A DNA stretch of 61,003 nt from Welwitschia mirabilis (lineage: Eukaryota), in assembly GCA_051453625.1 (NCBI GenBank), contig JBOZIK010000001.1:30727310-30788312 (forward strand), in the 5' to 3' direction. The notes under the pieces are model-generated. The model saw only the letters and a program-made list of their open reading frames with translations, did not search any database and had not been told where the DNA came from. Below, in pieces: positions 55,244 to 61,003 of this stretch; position 1 is the first letter of the stretch, and every line of letters starts with the position of its first letter. The position numbers and the translations under genes were made by a program.

Positions 55244-55711
55244 AAATTAGCTCATTGCTAGGGAAGAGAATTGAGGAGTACAAGGGTTTTTATCATTTAG
55301 GTGAGTATTTCAGACCTCTTTTTGGTTATTTATCTATGTGACGTTGTATTTTATTAGGAGGTGTAGGTTTTCTATGTGTAATTTTTTAGTTTTGTTTTTT
55401 TCAGTTTTAATTTTCTATAAAAATTTTGTGGTCATTCCCTCTATCATTCCCATAACAGATAGAACAACAATGTGTAATTCTTATTCTTGATTTTATTTCT
55501 TAATTGTAATTTCTTTAAAATAAATTAGTTTCTATAATCTCCTGTGACATCCGGATGACTAAGAGGACAACAGTCCTATTTTCAGTATTTACTACTTTTT
55601 ATTTTGATTTTTGTGTGTCGTCACTTCTGTAGTTTTCACAATAGACAAGATGATGGTCTCTTCTTTTTTGATCTTGTTTTCTATTGTTTGTTATTTGTAA
55701 GATGCTATGAT

Positions 55712-58700
55712 ATGATCAACATAGAGAAGAGATATCTAAGAGAAAAGTTACTAATAAAAAAGAACATCAAAGAAGGACTGGTGGATATAGGAAATAAATC
55801 AGAAAGACAATCTCAAGATGCATTTAAACCTCCTTTTAACTTTATTTTTTCTGAGTTAGATCTTCTTAACAAAAATCCTATAGAAAGAGAAAACCAATTC
55901 ACAATGTCGAGTACCTCCTGTAAGCAAAAACAAGTCATAGGATCTTCTACCCCTAATACAAACCTTACCTTGAGGGAATTATTAGCAAATAAAAAAAGAG
56001 AAATTCAAACACCTTTTGACCTATCCCCAGGAGATGATGTCGAGCGTAAAAATTTACATGCCTATCCAATTTTTAGTGGAGAAGATGATGAGGATCCTCT
56101 TCAACACATTGAAGACATTGAACAACTTATCCTTACCTCAGGAAATGNNNNNNNNNNNNNNNNNNNNNNNNNNNNNNNNNNNNNNNNNNNNNNNNNNNNN
56201 NNNNNNNNNNNNNNNNNNNNNNNNNNNNNNNNNNNNNNNNNNNNNNNNNNNNNNNNNNNNNNNNNNNNNNNNNNNNNNNNNNNNNNNNNNNNNNNNNNNN
56301 NNNNNNNNNNNNNNNNNNNNNNNNNNNNNNNNNNNNNNNNNNNNNNNNNNNNNNNNNNNNNNNNNNNNNNNNNNNNNNNNNNNNNNNNNNNNNNNNNNNN
56401 NNNNNNNNNNNNNNNNNNNNNNNNNNNNNNNNNNNNNNNNNNNNNNNNNNNNNNNNNNNNNNNNNNNNNNNNNNNNNNNNNNNNNNNNNNNNNNNNNNNN
56501 NNNNNNNNNNNNNNNNNNNNNNNNNNNNNNNNNNNNNNNNNNNNNNNNNNNNNNNNNNNNNNNNNNNNNNNNNNNNNNNNNNNNNNNNNNNNNNNNNNNN
56601 NNNNNNNNNNNNNNNNNNNNNNNNNNNNNNNNNNNNNNNNNNNNNNNNNNNNNNNNNNNNNNNNNNNNNNNNNNNNNNNNNNNNNNNNNNNNNNNNNNNN
56701 NNNNNNNNNNNNNNNNNNNNNNNNNNNNNNNNNNNNNNNNNNNNNNNNNNNNNNNNNNNNNNNNNNNNNNNNNNNNNNNNNNNNNNNNNNNNNNNNNNNN
56801 NNNNNNNNNNNNNNNNNNNNNNNNNNNNNNNNNNNNNNNNNNNNNNNNNNNNNNNNNNNNNNNNNNNNNNNNNNNNNNNNNNNNNNNNNNNNNNNNNNNN
56901 NNNNNNNNNNNNNNNNNNNNNNNNNNNNNNNNNNNNNNNNNNNNNNNNNNNNNNNNNNNNNNNNNNNNNNNNNNNNNNNNNNNNNATTAGCAAATAAAAA
57001 AAGAGAAATTCAAACACCTTTTGACCTATCCCTAGGAAATGATGTCAAGCTTAAAAATTTACTTGCCTATTCAACTTTTAGTAGAGAAGATGATGAGGAT
57101 CCCCTTTAACACATTGGAGACATTAAAAAATTTATCCTCAACTTGGAAAAGGGAAAGAAAAAAATAACTACTAGAACATATATAGTAATCTTTCCCATGA
57201 TATTAAATGGTAGGACAAAACTTTAGCTAAAAACTATATCCCATAAAATCTTAAAAACAAGGGGATTAAGTTTAGAAAACGTTTGCAAAAAGATTCATGA
57301 GTGAAGAAACTATGAGAAAAAGAAAAAAAGAGGTAACAAACTTTTAACAAAAACCAAATGAAGATTATGCCCCTACCTATGAATATTTCTTTATAGCAAT
57401 TCACTCTAATCCAGGAGATGCCTTTTCAAGAGTAGGACAACTAGACTATTTTTATAGTGGATTAACTCACCACACAAAAGAACTTGTAAATTTTTATTGT
57501 GATGGAAACCTTATGAACCTTATATTAGATGATGCCTGGACAAAACTAGAAGAGCTTGTGGAAGTTAGTCAAACTTGGTTAATCCTTAAAGAAAATCAAA
57601 TAATAGGCCAACTCATTAAAGACCTAAAAGAGATGAAACAATAAAAAGAGATAGAATTCAATCCTATAAATTCTATGAAATATTTTACAACAACCTTAGA
57701 GAAGTATGCAGAAATGATTTTAAATACCAAAACCATAACTGAAAGAAATATTATGAAAATTTGTGATTTATGTGAGGATAATTATCATGTCATCAAAAAC
57801 TGTCCTCTTTTGCCAACATATAAATAAAGAATTCATGAAGAATTTTGTGCTTTTAACCCACCATCTCAAAATTTTGAAACCAAAATCAAGCATAATTAAG
57901 GTTGAACACTCATTTTCAAAACAATTCTCAACCTTTTAGAAACTGATTTAAAAACTTAAACTACCTACAAAGTTCATCCAACTACCAATATTCAAATGAC
58001 TAACTCACAAACTTTTTGGATGAAATAAAAAGAACTCATGAAACAAGAAATGCCAAATTAGATAACTTAATAAATATCCTTCAACAAATAATGATAGCAG
58101 ATAAAAGACCTCAAGGAACATTACCTACACAACCTTTATCAAATCTAAATGAACTAAGAAAAGATTATAAGATTGTGACAAGAAGTGGACAAGAAACAAA
58201 CCCTTCTCTATATGAACCTTCTAGCTTCCAAAATAACTTTAGAAATAATGAATAAGATGAGGAAGAGGACATTGAAATATTATAAAATTACAACTTCCCT
58301 TTTCTTGGTTAAAAGAAAAAAGAGAGATAAAAATCCTTCTCAACAAACTACCCCTTTACTTGATAGGCTTAACAACAATTTAGCTTTTAGTGATTATTTA
58401 AAGTCTTGATGGAAAATGTGAGCATAAACTTATCTTTTTGGAAAGTATTACAAGAAAATTTGGGGTATGCAAAACTATGGAAAGAACTAAAGAGTCATTC
58501 TAGTAAAGTCTTCCTAGCATAATCCCTCATAAAATTGATATTACAAAGATCACTAAAATTTAAAGATCTAACAGTAGCAATGGTGAATGTTATTATAGAG
58601 AGAAATAAAAAGATTAGGAAAGCTTTAGTTAACATTGAAGCAAGTGTTAATATTATGCCACTTCACATTTGTAAGAGACTTGGTTTGGAGGATAGAATAG

Positions 58701-59101
58701 AGCCTACTCTAGTTGTCTTAGAATTAGCAGATACATCAGTTAAGAAACCGTTAGGTGTTATTAAAGATTTGGCAATTCAAATTGAAGAGGCTTACTATCC
58801 TATATATATAATCATCATAGAATTTAAGCATAACAGAGGATACCCTTTACTTCTAAGTATAGCTTTTTATGCAACAGCCCACTGCACTATTGATACAAGA
58901 GCAGGAACAATGAAATGTCATTTTGGAAATAGAATGTTTACAATTAAAGTTTTTGATGTAGCTGAGAAAGATTTAGGTGATGAAATGAACTTAGAAGATA
59001 ACATCAAACCCACTTTATTTTTACAACATCACCCACTTGAAGAAAGAGAGATAAAATCACATGATCCTATGCTTTATGATGACCAACTTGAGATTGAATA
59101 A
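55712..59101 (+). pseudogene. Degenerate Gypsy gag-aspartic protease of element L
   Basis: PIFSGEDDEDPLQHI is the gag FSG...EDP..H motif. PQGTLPTQPLSN...VTRSG is an Athila-type linker. ORF 58535-59101 has KALVNIEASVNIMP...PLLLS (protease). Interrupted by a gap and stops. Confidence 0.88.
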
Positions 59102-61003
59102 AGAATTAATACATCCAACTTTGAGAGTGAAAAAGACCTTAAGTGAGATTGTCCATTACATGAGCCAAAAATTGAAAATCATAATTCGAAATTTGGATGA
59201 AAATGTTTTTAATGCAATTGAATATAATTTTTCTTGTGACATTCAAAATAAAATTCTTGTATTTAATGAAAATCTTTTATTAGAATTGCCATTACTCTTC
59301 CTTTTGACTTTCAAGATTTGCACTTTAATGTGGCATCATAGAGTGCTCTCCATTATTCCTCTCTTCATCCAATTGATTTTACTTGAAAAAAATTGTACAT
59401 CTCTTATATTTTATCAATTGGTAAATTTTTGATTTGGACTTTATTTCTCTGAAAATCTTGAGACCAAAACAGATCCTTGACTTTCCCTTCTTCTTTTTTT
59501 TCAATAAAAGTGTGCTTTAGATTTAGGAAATTCAATAAAATTTTCTTGCCTTGTTAATTTCTTTTTAGCTTTTTGTTTTAGTCTTTGATTTCATTTTCTA
59601 TTTTCAGTTTTTATTTCTGTTTGAAGTTTCTATCTTCTATGTTCTTCAATAATAATCTATCGTCTCCACGATAAGGTGGACGATAGTCAGTTTTATTAAT
59701 TTTTCCAACTTTTTGAAATTTTTCTATGTTTTTAAATAATTTTTTGTTTTTCTGCCTCTATCGTCCTGCTTGTCGTCCAGTGTTTTCAAATAATTTTCTG
59801 TTTTTCTGCCTCTGTCGTCCTCTCTGTCATCTGGATGATGAGCAGGATGACAGTCAATAAATATTGGTTTTTATTTTCTGTTATTTGAGAAAATACATTT
59901 TTATGACTCTGTTGAGATTTCTGACTTGACTACTTGATAATTTTAGAAAGTCGATGGGCAAAATTTGGAATTACACAAGCAAACCATCTGAATTTTTTCT
60001 TAGCTTTTTCCTTTGAAAGATTATTATGGCATTATTTGATTATTTTCTAAAATGATTTATGTNNNNNNNNNNNNNNNNNNNNNNNNNNNNNNNNNNNNNN
60101 NNNNNNNNNNNNNNNNNNNNNNNNNNNNNNNNNNNNNNNNNNNNNNNNNNNNNNNNNNNNNNTACAATTAAATTCTTCGATGCAGCTAAGAAAGATTTAG
60201 GTGATGATATGAACATTGAAAATAACATCAAACCAACTTTATTTCTACAACATCACCCACTTGAAGAAAGAGAGATGAAATCAAATGAAGATGTGCTTTG
60301 TGATGATCAACTTAAGAACAAATAAGAAATTGAACCTTTAGAGTGTAAGGAAGTCCAACTTTTAAAGAAAGATTATGAGGGAGATTGTCCTTTTCATAAG
60401 GCAAAAATTAAAAATCTTAATTTAAATTCGAATGAGAAAAATGTTTTCAAAGACATGAAGTAATTTTCTTTGTGATATTCCAAATAAAACTCTTGCATTT
60501 AATGAAAATCTTTTACCTAAGTTACTATTTCTCTTCCCTTTGACTTCCAAAATTTATGCTTTAAAGTGATATCATAGAGTGCTCTCCATTACTCCTCTCT
60601 TCATGCAATTGATCTTACATGAAAATAATTGTACATCTCTTATGTTTTATCAATTAATGAATTTTTGGTTTGGAAATTATTTCTTTAAAATACTTAAAAC
60701 CAAAATAGATCCCTGATTTTCCCTTCTTTTATTTTCAATAAAGTATGCTTTAGATTTAATATTTTGAATAAAATTACTTGCCTTACTATTTTCTTTTTAT
60801 TTTTCTAATTTTGATAGTATCTGATTTCATTTTCTATTTTTAGTTTTTGTTTCTATTTGTAGTTTTTTCCATAAATAATGAACTATATTCTCACATTTTT
60901 TCCCCATGACAAGGTGGATGATAGTCACTTTTGATGAGTTTTTTAGCTTTCTAATAAATTTTTGTCTCTTCTGAAATTTTTTTGTTTCTCTGTCGTCTTG
61001 ATG

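Larger units (their letters stand above)
54399..61003 (+). mobile_element. Second copy of the element A family (element L), running off the window end
   Basis: The 5' LTR 54399-55243 is the reverse complement of the A LTRs. PBS relic TAGCTCATTGCTAGGGA at 55248. Leader, gag-PR and 3' non-coding region are colinear with A. Confidence 0.9.

Noticed and set aside
55604..57109. 501-aa ORF as an intact gene
   Set aside because: More than half is Ns, and the real part is a gag N-terminus repeated across the gap.
1..61003. Fungal RIP as the cause of the transitions, and naming a source species
   Set aside because: The element families are plant types and CG/CHG loss fits methylcytosine deamination. 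The sequence alone does not identify the species.

Overview
This is AT-rich, CG-depleted plant-like intergenic heterochromatin made almost entirely of decayed LTR retrotransposons. I see no host gene, no RNA gene and no intact long ORF. The long ORFs in the track are artefacts of five N-gaps. Three insertions can be delimited exactly by paired LTRs, PBS, PPT and 5-bp target-site duplications (TSDs). (B) A minus-strand SIRE-like Copia at 4121-18903 (TSD TGTAT) is internally deleted. (A) A minus-strand Athila-like Gypsy at 5886-15527 (TSD CTCAT) is nested inside B and carries only gag-protease. (C) A plus-strand SIRE-like Copia at 32213-40813 (TSD CTTCT) has a degenerate gag-PR-INT-RT-RH. Also present are a second A-family copy (from 54399), further Athila-like relics, a probable solo SIRE-type LTR, two related ~3.4-3.6 kb LTR-like repeats and two other Copia fragments. 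I do not see a convincing new biological system. The best leads are a gag-protease-only Athila-like family, decayed palindromic cis-motifs, a strong C>T/G>A decay signature, and signs of chimeric assembly at the gaps. All alignments were made by eye.
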